From positions 186,001 through 250,000 of the forward strand of contig AP024667.1 in the NCBI GenBank assembly GCA_024346625.1: a stretch of 64,000 nt of DNA. Direction: 5' to 3'. Of the stretch, positions 44,072 to 56,671 are shown piece by piece. Under the pieces are notes generated by a model, which saw only the letters and a list, made by a program, of their open reading frames with translations, made no database searches and was not told the DNA's origin. Position 1 is the first letter of the stretch; each line of letters opens with the position of its first letter. Position numbers and translations under genes: made by a program. This DNA comes from Williopsis jadinii. Taxonomy: Eukaryota.

Positions 44072-45133
44072 TCAACTCTCGAATCTCCTAAACCTCACAT
44101 CTCCCGGTTCATAGCGTGCACGACTACTCACTGCACTGTAGCCACGTGGTTTACACAACGCGTAGACACTGTTCTTCAAGATGTTACCCATACTGAACGG
44201 GTTATCGTACCGATGGATCTTCCAAGTTCTCAAGTATTCTCTCGTGGTTTGTCCCTTTGCTATGAGCGACACGTGGAGTATCAGGAGCAATAGGGGATAC
44301 AGAATGGTGATATGTGCCATGATTAAGATTAAGAGGGTCACGGGAGTGTTGCTCAGTGTCGTATCAACATCGTCGTTGTAAAAGAGACGCACGTATTCCA
44401 ACACGATCAAATACGTCGAAGAAAACACAGCAAACACCAGAAATGCAAAGAAGTACGCGTAGTTCCTCTCACCGACACAGTTTGTTATCCAGACACAATG
44501 GTGATCGTGGATTGAGATACACTGGTCGCACTTTGAACAGTGGAAAGTCCGGGGCATTCTCCAACTCCGGCAAGTTAAGCAGTACCTCACTTGCACACCT
44601 TTCTTTGACGTGGAGCAGGGTAGTGAGATGACGTTACGGTACTCCTCGGGAATGTTATACGGGTCCTCTGTCAGATGAACGTTATGCGGAACAAACCCTG
44701 GGTCCCTCGTCGAGGCTTTGATGAACGAAGCAGTACACAGAATCCAACTGTATACAAACGTGATGACAACCACAGGGGAGATCTTGTGCCACCACCAGGA
44801 GGCTCTATACAGTGTTAGTACCGGGGAGCAATGTCACGATCAACGCCACGCGGGAACCCATACTCACTCAAAGATACAAAACAAAACAAAGGGGATGATA
44901 CAGCACGAAAACGTTATCCATCCTCGAAGAGACCTCTTCAGCGTTCTGAACCGTCCTCCCATCACAAACACCTGCGATTTACTATTCCACACCTGATAGT
45001 TTCTACGCACATCTGTGTAGTCTCTTCCATCATCACCATCACCAGTGCCACTCTCAGACCGCCTCTCGTCTGGGAAAGTAACTAGCCATTCAACCAGCCG
45101 GATGAACCACGGTTTCCTGTCATTCTCCTCCAT
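44072..45133 (-). CDS. ERF2: DHHC palmitoyltransferase; two exons 45133-44868 + 44804-44072
   Basis: RNYQ..FVMGGR N-terminal motif, spliced FCIFE-ASWWW, DPGFVP, CLTCRSWRMPRTFHC..HDHHCVWITNCVGERNY, QTTREYL. Confidence 0.88.
44805..44867 (-). other. Spliceosomal intron of ERF2 (63 nt, phase 2)
   Basis: GTGAGT donor at 44867, TACTAAC 44820-44814, TAG 44807-44805; removes an in-frame stop. Confidence 0.9.
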
Positions 45134-45418
45134 GACCTCTCCAGCAACCTTCGTTCGAGCGCTTTCACCGTTGTGTAGCTCGACTGTTTCGGTGGTGGAA
45201 GCCAGCTGGTGTTGTAGCGTGGTTGGAACCTCTTGTGACCATTGCGCCGTGAAAGCTCTGTTTCCGCCTAGCAGCTGGGCTGGGCTGGGCCGCACTAGGC
45301 AGGGCCGCACTAGGCTGGGCTGGGCAGAGCCGCCAATGAAAAACAAACACAGCGAGCCCAGCACACAGACAGCGAGCACAACATCACAGGGGAACTGAAC
45401 AGGAAAGACACGAATCAA

Positions 45419-47449
45419 ATGTCCTTGAGCACGGAGGAGGATGCTCCCTTGCGGAACCTCATATCCATACAGACGGTTCCACTGCTTTTGGCGTATCCAA
45501 CACTGCTTCTGTCGTCGAATTTGATCTATGACACTGCGTACTCAAAGGATACGTACACATTGGCGATGTGCCACGTTGCGGTGCCGGTGCTGCTCTCCGT
45601 GACGCTGACGTTGTTCTACTGCCATATATCGTATTCGTCTTTGACGAATGGTGGTGGTGGTGCTGCTGCCACCAGTACGAAGAAGCCAATGGGTCCCCAT
45701 TTCATGCTGTGGACCCTGTTGATGGTGTTTGCAGTCACACACGTCCTGGGCAGTATACGAACGAGCGTGTTGACCACGGTGTTGCTGATCTCGGACGGCT
45801 GGGCTTATCCTCTGGTCTCGCTGGTCTTTGACCTGGGAACGAGGTACCAGCACGGGAAGCTTGTGCTCTTACCTACTAAGGTGTCGGAAATTGAGCTCTA
45901 TACCGTGTTGATCAGCTATGTGGTGCTATATACGATGCGTGACAGAATCCGCAACGTTTGGAGATTCAAGTATACAAGACCAAGCTGGACGCTACACACG
46001 CTGTTTGCAGTGAATCTAGCACTGATTATATGGTGTGTCGATGCGCTTCATACGAGCATGCTGATTGTGTCTGTTGCCTGTGGAGTTGTGCTCCAAGTCA
46101 CCGTGATGGACGTTTCATATACAAATCTCAAGATCTCCAGAGGCTCTCCAACCGTGATTGGCATCATAGCCATATTGCTGGAGGTGCTTTCGTTCAAGAC
46201 AAACTTTGGAAGAGATAGACTACACGCTGGACTGGGGATTGTTCTCACACTGTGCAGTGCTCTTGTCCCAGTGGAGGTTGACGAGCCTATCAAGACGCCG
46301 AGTCTCGAACAGAAGAGCATACTAAGCGAGTTGTTTGAGCATGAGGATACACGTGCGATATTCTCGTATCTTTTGCTAAACACACTGTTCATGTTTGTAC
46401 AGTTCTTGTACTCGTTTAGATCCAAATCATTGGGGCTCTTGTCTGACTCTTTGCACATGGCATTGGATTGCACTTCGTTAGCCCTCGGATTGGTGGCAGG
46501 GGTGTTGGCAAAGAGACCTGCTAGTGAGAAATTTCCCTTTGGTTTAGCAAGAATTGAAACACTTGCAGGCTTTGCCAATGGTGTTCTATTGGTGGGTATC
46601 GTTGCTGGAATCTTTATTGAGGCTACTCAGAGAATCGTGCACCCTGTGACTTTGGAGAAAACCGGTGAGTTGTTGGTGGTTTCATTCTTAGGGTTTGTGG
46701 TGAATATCATTGGTATATTTGCATTCAACCATGGTCATTCACACGGTCATAGCCATGACCACTCACACACTCACGGTCATTCACACACTCATGGAGACGA
46801 CGCTGGTGAAAACGAAAACATGAAGGGTATATTCTTGCACATATTAGCTGATACGCTTGGATCAGCAGGTGTTGTTGCGTCGACTATACTCACAACGATC
46901 TTCCATACCAGCGTATTCGATCCTATTGCCTCTTTGTTCATCGCAGTGATGATTTTCTTCAGTGCGTTACCCTTGATTGGCTCCTCTGCGTCGAACCTGT
47001 TGCTATCATTAGGGGACAAGAAGGAAGAACTAATGAGAGATATACTGAGTCAGATCTCCAACACACCTGGCGTCGTTGGCTACACAACACCGAGGTTCTT
47101 TGTCTCCTCGGATGTTAAGACAACCACGGTGGTGACCTCTGGTGTTTCCCAGAGTGTTCAGGTCAATCAGTCGCATGAGACGCATTCCCATGATCATGCC
47201 AGCCATTCCAATGAGCACTCTCACGAACACTCCCACGAGCACTCCCACGAGCACTCCCATGACACCAAGACCCAGTGTGAACCAACAGTAGCCCCGTCAC
47301 TAGTTGGGTACATCCATATCCAATACACCGAGGGTGAGAACTCTACGATTATCAAGAAACGGGTCCAGAGGATCTTTGAAAACAACAACGTCTACGCCAT
47401 CATCCAAGTGGAGAACGAGAAGTCCACGTGCTGGTGCAGGAACAGCTGA
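45419..47449 (+). CDS. MSC2: CDF-family ER zinc transporter
   Basis: SLGLLSDSLHMALDC, RIETLAGFANG, His-rich loop, NMKGIFLHILADTLGS, extra (HEHS)n repeat, C-terminal STCWC. Confidence 0.92.
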   Translation: MSLSTEEDAPLRNLISIQTVPLLLAYPTLLLSSNLIYDTAYSKDTYTLAMCHVAVPVLLSVTLTLFYCHISYSSLTNGGGGAAATSTKKPMGPHFMLWTLLMVFAVTHVLGSIRTSVLTTVLLISDGWAYPLVSLVFDLGTRYQHGKLVLLPTKVSEIELYTVLISYVVLYTMRDRIRNVWRFKYTRPSWTLHTLFAVNLALIIWCVDALHTSMLIVSVACGVVLQVTVMDVSYTNLKISRGSPTVIGIIAILLEVLSFKTNFGRDRLHAGLGIVLTLCSALVPVEVDEPIKTPSLEQKSILSELFEHEDTRAIFSYLLLNTLFMFVQFLYSFRSKSLGLLSDSLHMALDCTSLALGLVAGVLAKRPASEKFPFGLARIETLAGFANGVLLVGIVAGIFIEATQRIVHPVTLEKTGELLVVSFLGFVVNIIGIFAFNHGHSHGHSHDHSHTHGHSHTHGDDAGENENMKGIFLHILADTLGSAGVVASTILTTIFHTSVFDPIASLFIAVMIFFSALPLIGSSASNLLLSLGDKKEELMRDILSQISNTPGVVGYTTPRFFVSSDVKTTTVVTSGVSQSVQVNQSHETHSHDHASHSNEHSHEHSHEHSHEHSHDTKTQCEPTVAPSLVGYIHIQYTEGENSTIIKKRVQRIFENNNVYAIIQVENEKSTCWCRNS

Positions 47450-47650
47450 AACCGTCCAGCATTAACACCATCAGACGAGTGGTTGTGCTCCCATTGGATA
47501 GATATATATGTATAAAGTAAGAAATAGTCACGTGACACGGATTTTGTAACCGTGGCAGCGGACAAAAAAAAATTTCTATGGCAGGAACTCATCGCTTACA
47601 ACCATCGAGTGTTAATCATCACGTCAGTACAACAGTATAATAAGCACACA

Positions 47651-48469
47651 ATGTCGAGAGTTGGAACACTTGTCTTAGGTCCTGCCGGTGTTGGTAAATC
47701 GACTTTCTGCAATTCGATGGTGTCGTATTTACAATCTGTGGGCCGTCGTTGTCACATTGTCAATTTGGATCCCGCAGCTGAGCCGTCGGAGTATGAGTTC
47801 ACGATTGATATCAGAGACCTGATATCGCTTGAAGATGTGATGGAGGAGCTGGAGCTCGGTCCTAATGGTGGATTGGTGTACTGTTTCGAGTATCTGCTGC
47901 AAAATCTAGACTGGCTAGACGAGGAAATCGGCGACTATAACGATGAATACCTCATCTTTGACTGTCCTGGACAGATCGAACTGTATACCCACATTCCCGT
48001 GTTGCCAACCATTGTGAAGCATTTGCAACAGCAGTTGAACTTCAACTTGTGTGCAACGTATCTGTTAGAGGCTCCGTTCATAATAGACCGGTCGAAATTC
48101 TTCAGTGGAGCGTTGAGTGCCATGTCTGCCATGATTCTGCTGGAGTTGCCTCATATCAACATCCTATCCAAGTTGGATCTCATCAAGGATGAGTATTCAA
48201 AAAAACAGCTCAAGAAGTTCCTCAATCCTGACCCGCTGTTACTTCTAGAGGACGTGAATAGAGAGACAAACCCACGCTTCGCCAAGTTGAACGAGAGTAT
48301 TGCCCATTTGGTTGATGATTTTGGGATGGTTCAGTTTCTGCCATTGGAGGCCAAGAACTCAGACAGTATTCAAACAATCTTGAGTTATATAGACGATGTT
48401 ACTCAATGGGCCGAGGGCCAGGAACCAAAAGAGCCTAATGACGAGGTTGAGTTTGAAGAGGAGGACTAG
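47651..48469 (+). CDS. GPN3: GPN-loop GTPase 3
   Basis: [40 protein letters not shown]; first ATG 47651. Confidence 0.95.
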   Translation: MSRVGTLVLGPAGVGKSTFCNSMVSYLQSVGRRCHIVNLDPAAEPSEYEFTIDIRDLISLEDVMEELELGPNGGLVYCFEYLLQNLDWLDEEIGDYNDEYLIFDCPGQIELYTHIPVLPTIVKHLQQQLNFNLCATYLLEAPFIIDRSKFFSGALSAMSAMILLELPHINILSKLDLIKDEYSKKQLKKFLNPDPLLLLEDVNRETNPRFAKLNESIAHLVDDFGMVQFLPLEAKNSDSIQTILSYIDDVTQWAEGQEPKEPNDEVEFEEED

Positions 48470-48522
48470 TTCAGCAACTACAAAAGAGGAAGAGAGAGTG
48501 GAACAAAATGTTGTTTATTCCG

Positions 48523-49787
48523 TTAATTAATGTTCGAACTCGACACAGAGTTATTCACGTTACAGCATATTCTATCCAGGCTCATTTGTATCAGAGTTGA
48601 TTCGTATTTGGCCTTCTCGCTTCTCGGTTTCACCACTCTTGTAGTCTTTCCAAGGTCAATCACCTGTGATTTACCATCGTTTGAGCGTCTTTCTCTTCTT
48701 TTCCTGTTTATCCATCTTTTGCACTGTGCAGTCTTTGAATATGAATCATAATTGGCAACAACCTTTGGAACATTTTCACAGTCTCCCATAACGATTAGGT
48801 CAATAAATTCGAGGTAGTCGACGACACTCACTGAAGGTTGATCTCTGTTTATCCATATAACACAACCGTTGGAGGCATGAACAGCCTTTGCCAATTCCTT
48901 ACACAACCTTCTCACGCCAGGAATCTTCAACGACGTTCCAGCTATGATTAGGCAGTCGGGTTTGGACCGTAGGTCTGAATGTGAGATATTCCCAATGTTC
49001 TCACCGTCTGGGTGGAATTCATTGTATAGGACGATTCTAGGACGTAGGCATCCAACACCTGTGGATCTCTTACCATTCACTCTTCTGATGTCGTCCAATT
49101 CAAGGCATTCAGGGCAGGCTGGTGGCTCAGAGCCTTGGAACAACTGGGGCTCCAACTCTGAGTTCCAACGGCATTTGGCACAGTACATGTGCCGTATCGT
49201 TCCATGGAGCTGGATGGTTGGTGGGTATGGTGGTTTCGACTTCACAGGGACCGTTGTTTTGAGGTGCTCTAGCTGATTCTCCAAACAGTCGATGTTCTGT
49301 GTATAGTGTCTCAGCAAGCGGCCATCTTCAGATACGTGGTCCATCATTCTGTGGAATTCCGTTGGCTTGGACATCGACGTCATCTCGTGTAGCGTGTTGA
49401 CCATGGCGTGGAACTTCGCCGTGGATTCTCCATCGTTATACACGCTCGAGTCGAACAAGGCCTTACCGTTGGAGCCTGCAGACGTTGCAGACTTCAACCC
49501 TTGAAACAACCCATTGGAAGATCTGAAGTCCGGGATACCAGACGCAACAGATATCCCGGCACCGGTGACCACACACATCCTCTTTGAGTGCTTTATAGCG
49601 TAATGAAGGAAGCTGACGTCCTCGTTATCAACCAAGTCGTCCTGCTCCGATATACATCTTGTGTGATCATACGACTGGAGCTCCAAGATCGTCCCGTTTG
49701 CGGGCCTGTACTGTAGTTTGGCTTCCTCTTTGTCTTCAGCGCTTTGCTACTGCCAGCGTTGTCGTCATCAGTGCTGAAATGGGGTTG

Positions 49788-49841
<54 letters not shown>

Positions 49842-49948
49842 GTCTCGGGCCCGTGGCTATGCGATACTGGCACTGCTTCAACATCGCACTCTTCCACAGG
49901 GTCATCAGCATAGCTCTGCGACGATGGCGGTGTCAACAGGTCACTCAT
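48523..49948 (-). CDS. HST4: NAD-dependent sirtuin; N-terminus carries two apparent 1-nt deletions (about 49788 and 49718)
   Basis: GAGISVASGIPDFRS, YTQNIDCLE, QLHG, CxxC..CxxC, LRPRIVLYNE, GTSLKIPGV; repaired N-terminus MSDLLTPPSS..polyQ..KRKPKLQYRP; divergent from RVB1 as in S. cerevisiae. Confidence 0.88.
49790..49840. repeat. (CAA)17 polyglutamine-coding microsatellite in HST4
   Basis: Perfect (TTG)17 on plus strand. Confidence 0.92.
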
Positions 49949-50298
49949 CTCCCTCTCTTTTCCTACTGCGGTGTACGTGTGCTTCTTCAGTGAACGTCGT
50001 ACTGTGTGTGTGCCTTCCAGGGGGTTGTGGGAGCAGTTTGATCACTGTTTGTCTGGTGGAATTGTTCGGAAGTGCAAAGGGAGAGAAAACGCAAAAAAAC
50101 CTCGGTGAGACGACGCACAGAGAAGCAATGCAATGTTTATAATTTGCCTGATTGGGCAATTATCCATTTTTCGACAACAATCCCTCGGAAGTGGTGGTCA
50201 CGTGCGTGGAGGGGGAAAACACGTGACGAGAGCCCCCGGAGATCGTCTTTGTGGCCCGGCGGAGAAATTCTTCCGCCAGGTGTTGAGCGCTAAAGTAA

Positions 50299-51726
<1,428 letters not shown>

Positions 51727-51796
51727 GCACGAAAAGTACAATACAAACGTGTTATACATTGAAGAAACTTAATGGATGTGAATTACGTCACGATTT

Positions 51797-53831
51797 TCAT
51801 TCAAGTAGTGTAATTTCCTTAAGGAAGTTTGATGGAGAGTAGATATCGTCACTTCCGTACACAACTTGTTTAGAATTACCCTGCTGGGTGCTCTGCTGTG
51901 CCCATTCTTGCAAGTTTTGATATTCCAAGTAGTTACCTCCTCCAACGACAAATACAACACTCTCCAAATATGTTTGTCTCTTTGGCTGTCTCGAATGAGA
52001 ACCTCTAATCACCTTTGGATCATAGTAGAGGTAATCGTCTGTGACTTTCAACGATTCTTCAGTCGCGTTGTTTGGATCCATAAGAGTTTCCACAAGTTTC
52101 GTGATTGGCATGGCCTTCTTCTCTGGAAGGAGTCTTTTGACACCGGAGATCAAAGAACCAACACCCTCTGAGATCTTACCGTCAGCAAGGTTGTACAATT
52201 TGGAACTCAAACTGGACAATAGAGCACCGGAGTTTCCCTGGGATGAACCATTAGACGAATCCTTTGTATATGTATTCATAACCATGGCATTACGTATACG
52301 AAGGGAGTCTTTGAGCTTCTTAATATGGGACAGTGCAGCAGTGCTGAATTCTTCATGCTTTGCAAATTCTCTTTCAACAGATGACACGTAGTCACTTGGG
52401 AGATCTGTTGTCAAGTACATAACGATAAAAGTTCTCAATTTGTCTTCCAGGTTGTGTGTGTTGCCGTCGTCTCTCAAAACATCGAGGAAACGTTGTCTCG
52501 ATTTTGGATCACTCAAACTTTGCTCAATTTCAAAGAAAGAATCCAATCCTTTTGCCTTCAATTCGTTCAACAATGCTAATAACACATTCATATGCATGTC
52601 AATGATGTTTTTACGTGCAGTGAGCTCTGGTAATTGGTTGACAGTTTGTTGTAAAAGGTCATCCTTATGGTTATCCAAGTCTTCCAAATTTTGGGCACCA
52701 GCACCACGAGTCAACTCTTCAGCCTTTTCTTTATAGTTCTTCAACTCGGTATCCGCATTATCCACAGCATCTGGGAATGGCAGCTGTGCATTGGCATTCC
52801 AGAAGAAGTCCTTTGGTTCTAAATCGTACTGAGTCTTGGTCTTCTTACCATCCTTTTCGGTTTCAATGGTGATGGTGTTGCTCTCCAATTTGAAGACATC
52901 AGCCACCAAGCATTGGTAAATCCATGAATGCGAGAACATTGCGGCCAAATCAATATTACGATCAAACAAGATTAAAACCAGTCTCTGAGAGTAGTCAGGT
53001 CCTGTGGTGTACTTCGTGCTAATGACGTAATCACGCAACTTCTGATCCAATTTCTCAGAAACGAGCTGTGCCGGACCACCACTTTGACTGCGGATGATTG
53101 GAATACTGCCCATGGTGATAATAGTGTCAAACAGGCCGTTGGCAATGATGTCTGCTGCGCTGTTGATCTCCTCTTCCGTAGTCTTTGCAGATGCGAAACG
53201 TGCGTAGACATCTGGCAATTTCAGAGAGAAAAGAGACGGCTCAGTCACAATATAACTCAAGTACTGGTCGTAGACTTGCATGACTTTGGATGACTTACCA
53301 GTCATGGCAACGCTCTTAGCGAGATCCTCCAAAAGGTCTCTGCTTAATGAGGATGTGAAGTTGATATAGAAACTTGCATATTTGTCCTCCTTCAAATCCT
53401 GTGCAATTTGGTCAATGTTGGCACGAGTTGGCTCCACAAAGTAGATCACAGGAACATCAGGTAACGGCGATCTGTTGGCGTTGATATGTGTATGCATTGT
53501 GATCCCACATCTCAAGAGGTCCGACATTCTAAGGACAGAGGAGATGATGGCTGTGCTCTTCGAGTCCAGAACAAGCACTTTCCAGATGATCTCTTCCCCG
53601 TTCAAGGACTCAGTCAGGTCTGAGTTCTCAGCATTGATGTTCAAGTTGAGCATCTTCTCGAGAATGGCTGTACTTAGGCGTTAGTCCACTTCCTGGTTTG
53701 CTTCGTCATATCGGTAACTAACTACCCCTTCTCCTGAGCCCTCCACCACATCAGCTTGAAAGGCCAAAAGGCACAAGAAGTTCCCACATACCTGTCTGCC
53801 TGTCTCTTAGTGTCAAATGTGTCTGAGACAT
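51797..53831 (-). CDS. SLY1: Sly1 SM protein; two exons 53831-53792 + 53667-51797
   Basis: Spliced MSQTHLTLRDRQT-AILEKMLNLN, WKVLVLD, HSWIYQCLV, LPELTARK, VFVVGGGNYLEYQNL. Confidence 0.95.
53668..53791 (-). other. Spliceosomal intron of SLY1 (124 nt, phase 1)
   Basis: GTATGT donor at 53791, GACTAAC 53686-53680, CAG 53670-53668. Confidence 0.88.
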
Positions 53832-56671
53832 GGTTGGAAGCTGCTTTCCAGTTGATAAGTTCTCCGTTGTTTCTCCCAAGACACATTGAACTTGTTGGTG
53901 TTTGTTGTCGTTCGGGTGAAGAACCAAAACAAAGAAAACGAGTTCGCGGAAGACGAGAGACAAAGCCGCGGAGGCAAACACGAACAGCTGACAGAAAATC
54001 CGATTATGTAAGCAGATCACGTGTGTGCTTATATAAGCCGCCAATAGCCACCGCCACCTGCGAACCCCCTTTGTTTACTTTTCAAACCTTAACTTGCTCT
54101 CTGTTACTTTGCTGAGCTCGTTTGGGTATCAAAGCGAATACGACGTATACTTCCCGGACAATGAAGGGAAACAAGACACACACAATGGTGCTGAGTACAC
54201 GCTGATGGCTCAGCTATGCTACACACACACGGAGAGGTGTCGTTTTTTCCGTTAGGTTTGGCTCAGTGGTCAAATCAGCCTGTGGAGCTCATGTGAACTG
54301 AAGCAGTTCATCCTTAGATGCATCAAGTGTTAACTCAACTGAGAAGAAGGCGCGTGGAGGGGGGGGAAGGCGGAATAAACCTGGACAGTGGAGGCAGAGT
54401 GTGGGCTAATCGGAACGTCCAGGAACGGAGACAGGGCCTTGTGTCTTTGATGCGATGGACAGGGAGGGAAACAAAGGCGTTGGAAGTATTCCGCCCTAGT
54501 TGATGTTGTGATTAGTCATTGCTCCATCTGTCCAGCTCGTCCAGAAGCTTTACAGAGTGGAGCATCGATGTGAACTGTTACAGCCTTGTTCAGCTACAGA
54601 CGCACTTTCAGAGAAGATCTCTATGGATCTACAAGAGTATCGTGTGGAGATAAGGCCTACTTTAATCCTAAATACAGTGGTGTCGAGAGAGCGAGTCTTC
54701 TTGAACCTCTCTGACAGATGCAGCAGTATCTCCAGTCTTGAGAGAAGTGAAAAGTTTGAATGATGGACAACACATAGCCAACGTTGTCGGCACGCTGGGT
54801 AAACTGTACTACACACCTAGAGCCTGACGAGCCAAAGATGCGCACTACTGTTTCACAGTATTATTTCTGGAGTTGCTGAGATCTACACACAGCTGATGGA
54901 TAACAATCACTTAAAACGTATCAACGGGAACGGGAACGAATTGGTATAACCCGTGTTCTCCACTCTGATATCTTGATTCACGTCAGCTGTCCTACATGAA
55001 CTTGAGTATTATGTTCGTGTATCTCATCGTCAAGCAAAGCTTGAAGACAGTGCTTGAGAGTTATACTTTCTAACTCTGTCTACATCCCGATGTATACCAA
55101 TCACCAAACACTTGGTTTATGCTTCTCAAAGATGGTGGTGAGTCCCTTCTTGTTATTTTGTGTTTTGCCCAGACATCAATTGACATGCACTTTTGCAGAG
55201 TTAACAAGACGTTGTTGATGTTATTGCGGTCTGCAACTTGCACTATTCTTACATACAGACACATTTCGATGGGCTGAACGGCTCAAAATACGATGATTTG
55301 GACGAGGTACTAAATTTCTTTAACATTTCTGAATTCTGGAGGTTATCACTCTGAACCCATGAACCACTCTACAAGAGGAGCCTTTCAAAGTCCAAGCAGT
55401 ATCCATCACATACCAACTGTTCTAGGAAACTATCAGGGTTGCAAAATCGCTATGGAAAAAACAAAGTTGCCGTGTCCTTCAGCTATGAAACAATCTCGAC
55501 AATCGTAATTGCTCCCTTTGCATTACCTGCCCCTCAGAGATGTTGAAGTATAAAGATGCAAACCTTTCATGCAGATGCAAGGACAGTCATAAAGCTAAGC
55601 TCAGCGTGGGATCTTGATATGAGAGGTTTCATACACGTGAAAAGCTCTTAGCAAGTAACAAGGTGACATACATATGTCATAGTACGTTGGTTACTTTCTC
55701 TGGAACTGTTATAAGTCACGCTTCGGTTATGAAGTTACGAACAATAACTTGGTGTGCTTCGTCTCACATTCAATGCTAACTGCAATACGGGGACTAGCGA
55801 CAGAGTATGAAAAGTTTAGTATCATACCAATGGATATGCTCGATAGGTTACAGGAAGCACAGTTTTCTTTTGCAGAACATGGCCGTGAAGTGAAAGTATA
55901 ACCTTTCCTCCTGGTGAGCAGAACCACGTTCTTGTCCACTGCTTCTTCCCGATTGGTACATCGCTGAGTGATATATAGCGGACGGAAGTGTCGACGGAAC
56001 GGAACTGTGTTTGTTATTCTGTGATTCAGTCTATGCATTGGCAATAACACGAAGTACATCGAGGATAAATTCGCTCGCTATAATTAGAGCCAATGAGGTT
56101 TCTCGCTAGTGCATTGTGCATTGTTCTAGTAGGTCGAATGGCGAGTGCAAATGAGGTTTCGAATTTGGCAATAGATGGCGCAGAATAAGTTCTCGGTATG
56201 ACAATTGAGTTCCATAGAGAACCGTTTTGCTTCTTTTCTGTTTTCTTCTCACTCTCAGTAGCCATTCACTGTGATGTGATGAACTATGAAGTTCACCTAT
56301 CAAAGAACGACAAACGAATTTTGTCAATGGACAAGTGTTAATGAACACTTAAATCTCTGTTCAATGTCTACCTATAACCATCGGAAAGCCGAATTCTTTA
56401 GAAATCACAATCGAGTCGTTGTGCATTATCATCTGGCAATATCTAAAGTGTGGTTGTTAATTACGATGATGTGCTTACTCAGTTAGCCACTCACGACAGG
56501 ACCCTCTATGATTCTGACTCCATAAAACCTTCCAGACATACGACTTAATGCTTTGCCTATGAGAAGATATATACAACAAGTTGTACTGTTATGGCCGTAA
56601 ATCGTTAAATTAATATGTGGGTGTTTAGCACATTTGGCTATATAATAAATGCAATGGTGAAGGTAATCTCT

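Noticed and set aside
44805..44867. ERF2 apparently split by a premature stop
   Set aside because: Explained by a canonical 63-nt intron
49659..50142. Poly-C, poly-V and poly-L ORFs
   Set aside because: Alternative readings of the (TTG)17 microsatellite
54258..54290. tRNA A-box-like TGGCTCAGTGG (and a similar motif near 63930)
   Set aside because: No B-box (GGTTCGA) or cloverleaf at the right spacing
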